Shown: positions 1 through 9,961 of the stretch, piece after piece
Layout of the letters: the number at the start of each line of letters is the position of its first letter
Numbering within the stretch: position 1 is the stretch's first letter
Source of the DNA: Planctomycetota bacterium
GTDB lineage: Bacteria > Planctomycetota > UBA8108 > SXIK01
Direction: 5' to 3'
DNA length: 64,000 nucleotides
NCBI GenBank assembly: GCA_965223845.1
Contig: CBDCXR010000004.1
Location: forward strand, 4,128,001-4,192,000
Notes under the pieces: generated by a model
The model's input: the letters and a program-made list of their open reading frames with translations, nothing else
Databases searched by the model: none
What the model was told of the DNA's origin: nothing
Position numbers and translations under genes: made by a program

Positions 1-84
1 GAAGAAGAAGAAGTGTGTCGGGTACGGGTACGGCTTCGGGACAGGATCGCAGGCTAGCGCGAAGCCCCGACCTCAGGACAAACC

Positions 85-1491
85 ATGCGACCAGCGGTGC
101 TCCTTAGCCACTCCGTGAGCGAAGCCATCGCGAGCCTCGGCCGCGAATGGCGCCGCCTTCTTCCGATGTCGCTCGGGATCGTCTGGGGGATGGCGTCGAT
201 CATGGTACTTCTCGCCGTCGCGACCGGTTTCGAACGGAGTCAGAAGCGAGCGCTCAGCGCGTACGGCGATCGCTTCGTTCTCCTCCGGGTCAATCGGGCC
301 GAGCTCGATCGCGCGGGTGCTCGGCGAATGCCGCGGCTGCGCATGGACACGCGGGACGTCGAGCGGCTCCGCCGCGGCGCTCCAGCGATTCGCCGACTGA
401 GTCCCATGGTGATGGCCTACCGCGCGCGCATCACCGCAGAGAGTGGGGCGGGAACGGGAGTCTTCGTCGCCGGAGCGCTGCCCGAGATCGCACAGCTTCG
501 CCATCTTCCTCTCGCCGAGGGTCGGTTCTACAACGAGATCGAGAACGCCGAACGCCGGCGAGTCATCGTGCTCGGGCCGACAGCCCGAAAGCAGCTCTTC
601 GGCACTCGACCCGCGATCGGCGAGAAGGTTCGCGTCGCGGGATTCGCGACGGCGGAGATTCCCCAGCGCTCCGCTCCGCCCTCGCCGGAGATCGCCGGAC
701 TCCGCGGCGCCGCGTCTCGCGGTTCGGCGGCGTCCGGCTCGCCCTCGAGCATCGTTCCGGTCGCACCCGAGACGGCGCGTGACGTGCAGATCACCGGCGA
801 GCTGTTCGAGGTGATCGGTGTTCTCGCCGATGTCGAGATTCAGCGCGAATCCTACGTCTCCGTCGCGCGCCTCGCGTTCGTTCCGTATGTGACTGCGTGC
901 GTCGTGTTCGACGACGACTTCAACACGATCTTCATCGAGCCCCGATCGACGGCGGAGCGCGATCTCGCGATCGAGCAGTTCCGCGAGGTCGTCGGCGCCC
1001 GCTACGGGTTCGAGTCCGACGACCGCAACGCGGTGCTCGTTTACTTCGACGCGATTTCGCGCGCGCAGAGCATCGAAGCGATCTTCGGCTCACTGCGGAT
1101 CTTCCTCGCCCTCGTCGGAGTCCTCATTCTGGGCATCGGTGCGATCGGCGTCATGAACGCGGTTCTCGTCACCGTCACCGCTCGCACGTACGAGATCGGC
1201 CTCCGGAAAGCACTCGGCGCGACGCCTCTCGCGATCTCGATTCAATTCTTCGTCGAGACCGTCGCCGGGTGCTTCGCGAGCGGTGCAGTCGGATTCGCCC
1301 TCGGCGCGAGCGGAATCGCTCTACTCAACGCCGTTCCTCTCCCCGACGGTTTCTCGCGCCCGATCCTCGATCTCGAGACGGCCGGAACGGCGTTCTTACT
1401 TCTCACCGGAGTGGCGATCGTCGTCGGTGTCGCGCCGGCGCGACGCGCGGCCGCCCTTCCGCCCGTAGAGGCTCTGCGAGCGCGGGGATGA
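85..1491 (+). CDS. ABC transporter permease, MacB/FtsX family
   Basis: N-terminal TM (LGIVWGMASIMVLLAV), LAEGRFY and VIVLG periplasmic motifs, C-terminal FtsX signature RTYEIGLRKALGA, ends PPVEALR. Confidence 0.9.
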   Translation: MRPAVLLSHSVSEAIASLGREWRRLLPMSLGIVWGMASIMVLLAVATGFERSQKRALSAYGDRFVLLRVNRAELDRAGARRMPRLRMDTRDVERLRRGAPAIRRLSPMVMAYRARITAESGAGTGVFVAGALPEIAQLRHLPLAEGRFYNEIENAERRRVIVLGPTARKQLFGTRPAIGEKVRVAGFATAEIPQRSAPPSPEIAGLRGAASRGSAASGSPSSIVPVAPETARDVQITGELFEVIGVLADVEIQRESYVSVARLAFVPYVTACVVFDDDFNTIFIEPRSTAERDLAIEQFREVVGARYGFESDDRNAVLVYFDAISRAQSIEAIFGSLRIFLALVGVLILGIGAIGVMNAVLVTVTARTYEIGLRKALGATPLAISIQFFVETVAGCFASGAVGFALGASGIALLNAVPLPDGFSRPILDLETAGTAFLLLTGVAIVVGVAPARRAAALPPVEALRARG

Positions 1492-2780
1492 TGCGGGAAG
1501 CGAGCTCGAGCGAAGGATTCCGTCCGTCGATGCCTACCGGTTCGCATGTCGAGCCGAAGAGCCTCCGGGCTCTCGACCTCGCGGCGATGGCGTGCGCCGA
1601 CTTGAGTGCGCGCCCCCTTCGTACGATCCTCACCACGGCGACCTTCGCGACGAGCCTCATCGTCGCGATCGTCCTCATCGCCGCGGGAACGGGACTCCAT
1701 TCCGCGGTGAGCGATATGCTACGCGATCTCGGCGAGGGACAGATCTCCGCCACGCCCGGCCGAACGACCGGCGTCGGCGGTGTTCGCCGTTCCGGACGGC
1801 CGATCCGCATCCGCTACCGGGATCTCGCGGCTCTCGCCCGAAGCTTTCCATCGTTTGACGGAGTCGCCGCCTACTACGATCTCCGCGGCGGCGGCGCTTC
1901 GTCCTACCGCTACTCGATTCCGTGGTCGCCGACGCGTGCCGTCGCGGCCGGATACCGGGATATCCGCGGAATCCCGCTCGCCGAAGGACGGTGGTTCTCG
2001 GCGGCGGAGGAGGAAGGCGGCGCCTGGGTCACCGTGCTCAACTTCGGTCTTCGTGAGATGCTCTTCCGCGACGAGGACGCCGTCGGGCAGTGGATCGAGT
2101 GGCGGGGACGCCGAATGCAGGTCGTCGGCGTCGTCCGTGACGAGGCCGTGTTTCCGTACCTCTTTTTCATTCCGTACGAGACCGTCACCCAGATGGCGGA
2201 CGCCCGCTACATCTCCGGGGTCATCGCGCGTCCGCGGCCGAGCGTCGACTGGAACGCGGCGACGACCGAGCTCAGACGCGCCCTCGCGGGCGTCGGCGGA
2301 TTCGATTGGCGCGACGAGAACGCGCTCGAGATCGAGAGCAATCACGAATTCACGCGTGAAGTGCGCACGCTCACCGGAGCGCTCCACCTCCTCGTTCTCA
2401 CCATCGCCGGCGTGAGCCTCGTCCTCGGGGGCGCTGGGATGGCGAACATGATCGCGATTGGCGTCACCGAACGAACGCGTGAGATCGGACTTCGCAAGGC
2501 ACTCGGAGCGCGGCCGCGTGATCTGTTCGCTCAGGTTCTCGCCGAATCCTCGTTCGTCATCGCGGTGGGCGCAGTTCTCGGTGTCGGCGGCGCCGTCGCG
2601 ATCTGTCGCGCGATCGGCGACGTCCCGATGACGGAGAGGTACTCGGCGAGCATCGAGGTCGGCACGATGCCGTCCGCTATCGCCATCGGCTTTTTGACCG
2701 CCGTCGGTTGGGCGTTTTCGTTTCTTCCTGCGAGGCGATGTGCGCGCCTCGAACCCGTCGACGCGCTGAGGTGGGAATGA
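1488..2780 (+). CDS. ABC transporter permease, MacB/FtsX family (second paralog)
   Basis: ATG 1488 overlaps the upstream stop (ATGA); LAEGRWF, VTERTREIGLRKALGA, EPVDALRWE; the ORF-track start at 897 is an overextension. Confidence 0.88.
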   Translation: MMREASSSEGFRPSMPTGSHVEPKSLRALDLAAMACADLSARPLRTILTTATFATSLIVAIVLIAAGTGLHSAVSDMLRDLGEGQISATPGRTTGVGGVRRSGRPIRIRYRDLAALARSFPSFDGVAAYYDLRGGGASSYRYSIPWSPTRAVAAGYRDIRGIPLAEGRWFSAAEEEGGAWVTVLNFGLREMLFRDEDAVGQWIEWRGRRMQVVGVVRDEAVFPYLFFIPYETVTQMADARYISGVIARPRPSVDWNAATTELRRALAGVGGFDWRDENALEIESNHEFTREVRTLTGALHLLVLTIAGVSLVLGGAGMANMIAIGVTERTREIGLRKALGARPRDLFAQVLAESSFVIAVGAVLGVGGAVAICRAIGDVPMTERYSASIEVGTMPSAIAIGFLTAVGWAFSFLPARRCARLEPVDALRWE

Positions 2781-3505
2781 ACGAAGCGTCTCACGATTCG
2801 ACGGAGCATCCGGTTCCTCTCATCGAGCTGCGCGGCGTCGCCAAAGACTATCCGATGGGAAACGAGACGATCGCAGCCCTCCACGAGATCGATCTCACGA
2901 TCGAGTCGGGCGAGTGGATCGCGATCATGGGTCCGTCCGGATCGGGCAAGTCGACGCTGATGAATCTCATCGGGTGCCTCGACGTGCCGACGCGCGGCTC
3001 GTACCGCATCGCCGGACGGGAAGTGAGCGGACTCGATGAGACCGAGCTCGCGAGGGTCCGCAACGCCGACGTCGGCTTCGTGTTCCAGAGCTTCAATCTG
3101 CTTCCGCGCGCGAGCGCGCTCGCAAACGTCGAGCTGCCGCTCGTCTACCGCGGTGTCGCTCGAGGCGAGCGGCGCGAACGGGCGCGCGCCGCGCTCGAGA
3201 CGGTGGGACTCTCCGACCGCGTCCGTCACCGGCCGTCCGAGCTTTCCGGTGGACAGTGTCAGCGCGTCGCCATCGCACGCGCGCTCGTCACGGAACCGCG
3301 GCTCCTTCTCGCCGACGAGCCGACCGGGAATCTCGATTCGGCGACGACGGAGGAGACTCTCGGCCTCTTCGAAGCGCTGCACGCTCGCGGCCACACTCTC
3401 GTGCTCGTCACTCACGAGAAGGACGTAGCGGAGCGCGCTCAGCGTGCGATTCTCCTTCGGGACGGCCGCATCGCCGATGACTCGAAAGTGGAGGGCTCGA
3501 ATTGA
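2777..3505 (+). CDS. ABC transporter ATP-binding protein (LolD/MacB-type)
   Basis: Walker A GPSGSGKST, signature LSGGQCQR, Walker B LLADEPTGNLD, H-loop VTHE; ATGA overlap with the permease. Confidence 0.95.
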   Translation: MNEASHDSTEHPVPLIELRGVAKDYPMGNETIAALHEIDLTIESGEWIAIMGPSGSGKSTLMNLIGCLDVPTRGSYRIAGREVSGLDETELARVRNADVGFVFQSFNLLPRASALANVELPLVYRGVARGERRERARAALETVGLSDRVRHRPSELSGGQCQRVAIARALVTEPRLLLADEPTGNLDSATTEETLGLFEALHARGHTLVLVTHEKDVAERAQRAILLRDGRIADDSKVEGSN

Positions 3506-4251
3506 TGCTCGCCGCTGGATCGAAGGGGAGGCGCGATTCCAAGTCCTGCTCGCCGCGAGGCGGGGACTTGGTTTCGGCGGCGTGGATGGCGGTGGCGATC
3601 GTTGCGACGCTCGCGGGCTGTCGCGCGTTCGACGCACCGATCGATGAGACGGCGCAGCTCGTAACACCCGAGCTCTCCGGGTGGCACGGCGACTTCGAGC
3701 AGTGGTCGGTCGGCGGCGCGACCGGCGGAAACACTACGATCACCGGCCGGATCGCGCCCGGATCGAACGCGCCACAGACGATCGTCGGTCCGATCGAGGT
3801 CCGCGATTTTTACTTCGCCGCGGAGATGCGCCTCACGCCGGCCAGTGCGCGCGGTGCGATCTACTTCCGCACCCGGCCGACGAGCACCGGCGAGCTACGC
3901 GGTTACCTCGTCGAGCTCGGCGAGGCGCGTCGGGGCGCGTTGAGCCACAGCAGTCGCGAAGTGGCGTCCTCGACCGGCGTCCGCGGAAGCGGCTGGAGCC
4001 GCATCGAGATTCTCGCCGTGGGAAACCGCCTCTGGACGGCTGTCGACGGACGCCTCGCCGCGATCGTCCTCGATCCCGGCGGCGAGCGCTCGGGGCCGAT
4101 TGCGCTTCGTCTCGAGGGGTCGGCCGGCGCGGAGCTGCAGGCGCGGCGCCTCGTTCTCGTTCGCAATCCAACGCTCGAGCTCGCGGGACTCGGGTCCGCC
4201 GAGCTCGAACGGCAACTTCGAGTTACGGTCGAGAAGGAGGCCCTGGACTAG
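3502..4251 (+). CDS. Putative lipoprotein with DUF1080 (3-keto-disaccharide hydrolase-like) domain, divergent
   Basis: Lipobox LAGC; GAIYFR, WSRIEI..GNR...VDG and SGPIALR resemble DUF1080; start uncertain. Confidence 0.55.
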   Translation: MMLAAGSKGRRDSKSCSPRGGDLVSAAWMAVAIVATLAGCRAFDAPIDETAQLVTPELSGWHGDFEQWSVGGATGGNTTITGRIAPGSNAPQTIVGPIEVRDFYFAAEMRLTPASARGAIYFRTRPTSTGELRGYLVELGEARRGALSHSSREVASSTGVRGSGWSRIEILAVGNRLWTAVDGRLAAIVLDPGGERSGPIALRLEGSAGAELQARRLVLVRNPTLELAGLGSAELERQLRVTVEKEALD

Positions 4252-4258
4252 CGACGCC

Positions 4259-4966
4259 TCAGGGAGCGTCAGCGGCAGGCTCCGAATCGGCGGCCCCGGG
4301 CGCGTCCGCGGACGGCTCGTGCGCGAGTGCGACCGAATTGATACAGTAGCGAAGCCCGGTCGGCGCTGGTCCATCGTCGAACACGTGCCCGAGATGGGAC
4401 TCGCAGCGGCGGCAATGCACTTCGGTCCGCACACTGAAGAAGCTGCGATCGATCTCCGTACCGATCGCACGCGCGTCGATCGGCTGATAGAAGCTGGGCC
4501 AGCCGGTTCCCGAGTCGAACTTCGTCTCGGAATCGAAGAGCTCATTGCCGCAGGCGACGCACTCGTAGACGCCCGGTGTTTTCGTGTTCCAGTACTCCCC
4601 CGTGAACGCGCGCTCCGTGCCCTGCTTGCGGCACACGCGATACTGCTCGGGTGTGAGCCTCGCTCGCCATTCCTCGTCGCTCAGCATGATCTTGTCCTCC
4701 GGTGGATGAGCCCCTCGAGACGGCGGGGCGCGGTCGAGCGCGCTCGAGCGCGGAGATGGGGCGACCTCGGGCGGAGACGGCGCTTCCTCACCGGAAGCGG
4801 ACGCCGTCGACGGGGGCGGCGACTCCTCGGCGCGTTCGGACTGCGAACATCCGACCGAAACGCCGAGAAGAGCGAAGAACAGAACGGCGTGCGTGAGCAC
4901 CCGCTGGGAGGTCGCCGGATCGTTCGTTCCCTTCGCCATCAGTCGTCTCCGCGTATCTCCTTCCAC
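4259..4966 (-). CDS. msrB: Peptide-methionine (R)-S-oxide reductase with lipoprotein-like N-terminal extension
   Basis: GTERAFTG, Zn-binding CVAC and [25 protein letters not shown]; start may be 4939. Confidence 0.95.
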   Translation of the reverse strand: MEGDTRRRLMAKGTNDPATSQRVLTHAVLFFALLGVSVGCSQSERAEESPPPSTASASGEEAPSPPEVAPSPRSSALDRAPPSRGAHPPEDKIMLSDEEWRARLTPEQYRVCRKQGTERAFTGEYWNTKTPGVYECVACGNELFDSETKFDSGTGWPSFYQPIDARAIGTEIDRSFFSVRTEVHCRRCESHLGHVFDDGPAPTGLRYCINSVALAHEPSADAPGAADSEPAADAP

Positions 4967-5126
4967 GTCGCATCGATCTCGTGGATGTTCTCCGTGATCG
5001 GTTTCTCCGCGATGGGGCTGTCCGTGATTGTAACCCCGATTCGTCGGCCCGTTCTACTCCGCCCCGCGTCGTTGAGTGAACGAGTGAGCGCAGCGGAATG
5101 ATCCCGCGGCTCGAGAAAAACATCGC

Positions 5127-7508
5127 TTACCGGCCGGAGCGCGAGAACTCGAACCGGCGGACGTCGATCTCCTCGAGCGCCGAAGCTCCTTCGCGAACGC
5201 GGTACACGCGATCCGCGGCGACGTCTTTCCACTCGTCGACAGTGCCGCTCCCCGGCCAGCGCACCGTGAGCGAACGGATGCGCGCCGCGCGACCGAGTCC
5301 GATCTCCTGCTGGAGACTCGACGCACCGAAGCTACCCCCAGCCGAGACGAGCGAGTGAATCGTCCGGCGCCCACCGATCGCCGGGACGACCAGCTCGATG
5401 CGCGCACCGATTCCGTCGCGATTCGCGCGCACGCCTTCGAGGCGTAGCGTCACCCAGTGGTTCTCGTGTCCGGGGTTTTCGAAGAGCGCGTTTTGAAACG
5501 CGTCGCCCTCGTACGCTCCGCCGAAAACTGCGTACACGTCTTGATCGCCGTCGCCATCGATGTCGCCGAAGGCGATCCCGTGCCCCTTCTGAAGGTGTCC
5601 GAAGCCGCCTGCGGTGGTCACGTCGTCGAAGGTTTCGCCATCGCGGTTTCGAAACATTCGGTTCGGCATCAGAGCCGAGAGCGTCGGCTCGCCGGTCCCA
5701 AAGTAGGCGTCGAGGTAGCCGTCGCCATCGAGATCGCCGTAGTTCGCGCCCATCGCGATGAGGACGCGGTCGAGACGCGCTTCCGCGGTGACGTCCTCAA
5801 AAGTCCCGTCGCCTCCACCTCGGTAGAGGCGCGGCTTCGCGCCCGGATTCGCACGGCCGAGAGCATCGGCGGCGACATCCGCCACCGAGTCCTTCCAGCC
5901 GTAGGAAGCGACGAGGAGATCGAGATTTCCGTCGGCGTCGTAGTCCCAGAACCACGTGGGAAAGCTCGCGAGCGGCTCGGCGACACCGGCCGATTTCGTC
6001 ACATCGACAAACTGCCAGCGCCGAACGGATCCCGCGGCGCCGGCGACTCCGCGAGCGCGCGTCGCTGGTTCGGACTCTTCCGCGTCGGCCGGACCACCGT
6101 TTCGAAAGAGAACGTTGGGCGCGTCGAGAACGGAGAGGAAGAGGTCGGGACGGCCATCGTTGTCGATGTCGCCCGAGGCGACGCCCTTCACGAAACCGAC
6201 GTAATCGACACCTGCGAGCGACGCACACTCGGTGAACGTGCCGTCGCCGTTATTGTGAAAGAGCTCGCAGGGGTGTCGCTCGCCGTTTTGCGACTCGTTT
6301 CCGATGAACAGATCGAGCCAGCCGTCCCCGTCGTAGTCAACCCACGTCGCTGTTTGCGTCGGATGGTACGAGAGGACTCCGGCCTCGCGCGTGACGTCAT
6401 CGAAACTACCGTTCCCCCGGTTGCGGAGAAGCGAGTTGGGGTGGCGACCGTCTTCGCCCATCCACGCTCCGCGGAGAATGAAGAGGTCGAGATCGCCGTC
6501 GCCATCGTAGTCGGCGTGCACGAAGTTAAGTCCGCCGTTGATACCGTCGAAACCGGCGCGCGAGGAATCGTCGGCGAAGGCACCGTCGCCGCGATTGCGA
6601 AAGAACTTCAGCGGATCACGAAGCCCCCACGACGAGCAGACGATGTCGAGGAGCCCGTCGCCGTCGAAGTCGTCCATCGCGCTCCCACCCGACAGCCCGG
6701 CGACCGCGACACCCGCGGCCGGGGCGACGTCGACAAAGCGTTCGCACTTGCCCTCGGATTCCCAAATGCGCGGCGGAATCCGCCACTTCTCCGGGACGCG
6801 GTCCGGGTATTCACCGAGAGTCATGAACGCGAGGTTGAGGAGCCACATGGACGCGAGATCCTTCGCGTGGTGGCGGAGCGCCGCTTCGAGGTGCACGATC
6901 GCACCGCGCGATCCGCGGGATTCTCGATGAACGCCGCCGCCGCGAATCGGGACGAGACACGACTCGGCGGTGTGGTGCGCGATACAGTTCTCCTGCTCGG
7001 CGAGACGCAGGTGCGCGACGGCGAGAAGGTGCTGGAGCAGCCACTCGAGCGGCTCGCCCGGATGCGGAATCGACGGGAGAGCGGAGTTCGCCATCGTGAG
7101 GGATTCGATGGCGCCCGCAGTGTCGCCCGCGCGGAGAAGCTCTAGGCCGAGTGCGATGCGATCGTCGAGATCTTCGCGACTCCGCACTTCCGGCGCGATG
7201 CGAGAGCGTAGAAGAGCCGCCCGGGCACCGTTCAGGTAGATGTTCTCCTGCGGCCGCGCGGTGCGCGCGATGCGCGCGAGCTCCTCGACCATCCACTGAG
7301 TTCCCGGAGTCCGGGTGTGCGAGGTCGGATCCGCTGGCGCCGGCGATCGTCCGTCGTGCGCGCTCGGTGCGTTGTAGTAGACGACGGCGGCGCCGGCCGC
7401 GACGAGCGCAAGGATGGCGATGCTGAGAGACGCGGTACGGCGTGAGTTCACGTTTCGAGCTGGTCGAGCGAGGATCGTCCGAGAACCGTCCGCACCGGAG
7501 ACGGACAC
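5127..7508 (-). CDS. CRTAC1-like FG-GAP repeat protein with C-terminal ASPIC/UnbV domain
   Basis: Many DxDGDGxxD repeats; C-terminal NHWVTLRLEG..NRDGIGARI..EIGLG..VRWPGSG; N-terminal TM and helical region. Confidence 0.85.
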   Translation of the reverse strand: MSVSGADGSRTILARPARNVNSRRTASLSIAILALVAAGAAVVYYNAPSAHDGRSPAPADPTSHTRTPGTQWMVEELARIARTARPQENIYLNGARAALLRSRIAPEVRSREDLDDRIALGLELLRAGDTAGAIESLTMANSALPSIPHPGEPLEWLLQHLLAVAHLRLAEQENCIAHHTAESCLVPIRGGGVHRESRGSRGAIVHLEAALRHHAKDLASMWLLNLAFMTLGEYPDRVPEKWRIPPRIWESEGKCERFVDVAPAAGVAVAGLSGGSAMDDFDGDGLLDIVCSSWGLRDPLKFFRNRGDGAFADDSSRAGFDGINGGLNFVHADYDGDGDLDLFILRGAWMGEDGRHPNSLLRNRGNGSFDDVTREAGVLSYHPTQTATWVDYDGDGWLDLFIGNESQNGERHPCELFHNNGDGTFTECASLAGVDYVGFVKGVASGDIDNDGRPDLFLSVLDAPNVLFRNGGPADAEESEPATRARGVAGAAGSVRRWQFVDVTKSAGVAEPLASFPTWFWDYDADGNLDLLVASYGWKDSVADVAADALGRANPGAKPRLYRGGGDGTFEDVTAEARLDRVLIAMGANYGDLDGDGYLDAYFGTGEPTLSALMPNRMFRNRDGETFDDVTTAGGFGHLQKGHGIAFGDIDGDGDQDVYAVFGGAYEGDAFQNALFENPGHENHWVTLRLEGVRANRDGIGARIELVVPAIGGRRTIHSLVSAGGSFGASSLQQEIGLGRAARIRSLTVRWPGSGTVDEWKDVAADRVYRVREGASALEEIDVRRFEFSRSGR

Positions 7509-7654
7509 GTCGGTTCGCGTGTGCGCTCTCGCGCGAACGACGCGGTCACGACCGGCGGCGATCGGCGGAAATCGCTACCGGCAGCGATAGTGTCCCACAC
7601 GTCGGTCGACGGTGCGATGCTCGAATCCCCGCCGCGGTGTTGAAGCGTGGAGCT

Positions 7655-8617
7655 CTATCGCGCCGGCGCCGGGCGAAGCCGGTACTGCGCGAGCGCTTTC
7701 CGCAGCAGCGTCGGATCGGCGGTGCCGTTGAGTGGTCCGTGCGCGCGGACGCAAAGGCCGCCCAGCGTGCAGCCGAGCGATACCGCCTCGGCCGGCCCCA
7801 AGCCCTGGAGTCGACCGGCGAGGTATCCCGCGACAAAGCTGTCGCCCGCGCCCGTCGTGTCGACGGCGTTGACGCGCGGCGCGGGAAGCGACTGTATCCC
7901 GCCCTGCCAGGAGACGAGCGCGCCCTTCTCGCCCTGCTTGACGACGACTTCCTGGACGCCGCGCTCGTGAAAGTAATTGAGCACGGAATCGCGCTCGGCG
8001 CGGCCGCTGATGAGGCACGCCTCGTGCTCGTTCATGAACGCGATCTCGACGAGCTCGAGGAGAGGGCGGTGCTCCTTGACGTGCTGAGCCGTGGCCGCGC
8101 GCCCGTTCCCGGACGCGCAGATGTCGAGTGTCACCTTGCGCTTCGACGTCTTGAGGAGGCGGACGAGCTCAGCCGCCTTGACGGGCCAGATCCCCGTGAG
8201 CCTCTCCGGCGCTGCGAGGTGGAACATCTCGCACGGAATCCGGTGAATATTCGGCGGGAACTGATAGTTGCGGTTCACACCCGGTTGAAAGATGCGGCGC
8301 TCGTTCCCGTCCGCGTCGATCTGGGTGAGCCCGACGGGGGTCGACTCGCCCGCGACGAGCCGGAGTCGCTTCGTGTCGACCTTCTCCGCCTGGAGGGAAC
8401 TCTTGATGTTCTGCCCCATGAAGTCGTCGCCGAGGACACCAACGACGGCCGTCGAAATGCCGAGTCGAGAAGCGACCGTGCTCGTGTGCACGGCCGCACC
8501 GCCCACGACGAGGTGGAAGAGATCTTCGACGACGGAGAGTCCGCCCGCGCCGGACGACTCGTAGTGCGGCACATGCAGCTCGACGCCGGCATTTCCGATC
8601 ACGACCAACTTTGCCAT
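7655..8617 (-). CDS. PfkB-family carbohydrate kinase
   Basis: PfkB signature DTTGAGDSFVAGY, NEHEA, VVVKQGEKGA, GVLGDDFMG. Confidence 0.9.
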   Translation of the reverse strand: MAKLVVIGNAGVELHVPHYESSGAGGLSVVEDLFHLVVGGAAVHTSTVASRLGISTAVVGVLGDDFMGQNIKSSLQAEKVDTKRLRLVAGESTPVGLTQIDADGNERRIFQPGVNRNYQFPPNIHRIPCEMFHLAAPERLTGIWPVKAAELVRLLKTSKRKVTLDICASGNGRAATAQHVKEHRPLLELVEIAFMNEHEACLISGRAERDSVLNYFHERGVQEVVVKQGEKGALVSWQGGIQSLPAPRVNAVDTTGAGDSFVAGYLAGRLQGLGPAEAVSLGCTLGGLCVRAHGPLNGTADPTLLRKALAQYRLRPAPAR

Positions 8618-8900
8618 AGCAATTCGACCCCGTTCGGCTCTCGGACCGCGCGCCGACCGATCGCGGCTCTCTCACCGCCGGCACAGCGCCGCGAATCGAT
8701 CCCGGTCTCGCACCGGAGTTCCCGGCGTCATCCGGCCGTTCGCACGCGAACGAACCGGCTCTCTTAGCGAAGAGTACCATCGGGATCCAATCTCGGCCGG
8801 CGGAGACGTCTTCTTCCGAAAAAAGCGGTGAAACCGCACGTCGACTCGCGCGTCCATCCGTCCGAGAACTCGCTGGTGGCGTCCGCCCCACGCGCGTCGG

Positions 8901-8929
8901 TTGACTCGCGGCCGGCGCTCAACGAGAAT
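8901..8929 (+). promoter_or_regulatory. Candidate sigma70-type promoter for the PspA-like/AAA pair
   Basis: TTGACT-N17-GAGAAT about 70 nt upstream of the GTG at 9002. Confidence 0.4.
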
Positions 8930-9001
8930 CCGCTCTTGGCGTCAAGCATAGGCGCTTGTCGTACTTCCCTCTGACTTCCGCTTCTCTTCGAGGGTCCCGC
9001 C

Positions 9002-9835
9002 GTGTTCGCAGCCATCGGTCGCTACCTCCGCGCCTTCGGGTATCTGATCACTGGACGCATCGACGCCGCGCGCCGCACGCTCGCGCAGAGTCCCCACGTC
9101 ATCCGTGCGACGTACGACCGCGTCATCGAAGAAAAAACGAAACAGATCGGACAGTACAAAGAAGCCGTCGCGGGGATGATCGCTCAACAGGAGAAGAAGA
9201 TCAGTCGCGTGAAGACGCTCACGAGCGAGATCGAGAATCTGAACCAGCTGCGCGAAGGAGCGGCCGCAAAGGCGAAATCCGTCGTCGCCGAGCTCAAGGC
9301 GAAGGGCGTCTCGATGGAGGACATCAAGGCGAACGAGGAGTACATGCGCTGCTTGAGCGCGTTCAATGACTTTTCGCACTCCATCGAGGAAAAGACAGCC
9401 CACGCCTCCGAGTTCGAAGGGGACATCAACGAGCTCGGAGAGAACATCGGCGGGCACAAGGTTCAGCTCCAGCAACTTCTCCGCGACATCGAGAAGCTGA
9501 AGGAAGAGGCTCACCAGACCGTCGCCGACGTCATCACGGCGAAGGAGGAGCAGAAGATCGCCGACATGATTTCGGGGATCAGCGAAGACCGCTACTCGAA
9601 GGAGCTCCAGGAGCTCCGCGAGCTTCGCGACCAGCAGAAGGCGAAGGCCAGAATCTCTCGCGAAATCGCCGGAACGGACACGAAGCAGCAGGAGTCGGAG
9701 TTTCTCGAGTACGCTCGGAAGAGCGCGGCGTCCGACGAGTTCGATCGCCTGATCGGACTCGCCGACGAAGCGGAAAGCGAGACGAGCGAACCGGCCGAAG
9801 AGGCGAAGCGGCAGACACAGCTCCCCGAGGAGTAG
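9002..9835 (+). CDS. PspA/IM30-like coiled-coil protein
   Basis: 277 aa, apparently all helical; amphipathic N-terminus MFAAIGRYLRAFGYLI, Pro (QSP) at the position of PspA EDP, AVAGMIAQQEKK segment, C-terminal SDEFDRL. Confidence 0.6.
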   Translation: MFAAIGRYLRAFGYLITGRIDAARRTLAQSPHVIRATYDRVIEEKTKQIGQYKEAVAGMIAQQEKKISRVKTLTSEIENLNQLREGAAAKAKSVVAELKAKGVSMEDIKANEEYMRCLSAFNDFSHSIEEKTAHASEFEGDINELGENIGGHKVQLQQLLRDIEKLKEEAHQTVADVITAKEEQKIADMISGISEDRYSKELQELRELRDQQKAKARISREIAGTDTKQQESEFLEYARKSAASDEFDRLIGLADEAESETSEPAEEAKRQTQLPEE

Positions 9836-9961
9836 CGAACGTCGGGCGGCGTCGAAGCGAGCACTGGCACGCGGCCGCGCCGCCTGCGCGAGCTAGACGT
9901 CACGACTCGCCGCTTCCCTCACCGAATCGGGTGAGACATCCGGAAGAGGAATCGCACCACC

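Noticed and set aside
1-75. GAA run, CGGGTA duplication and GGCTTCG/CGAAGCC stem at the window start
   Set aside because: Too short and truncated by the window edge to assign as a REP element, terminator or gene end
4340-4352. MsrB as a second selenoprotein
   Set aside because: The catalytic residue in RYCINS is encoded by TGT; the TGA at 4259-4261 lies after the domain and is a normal stop
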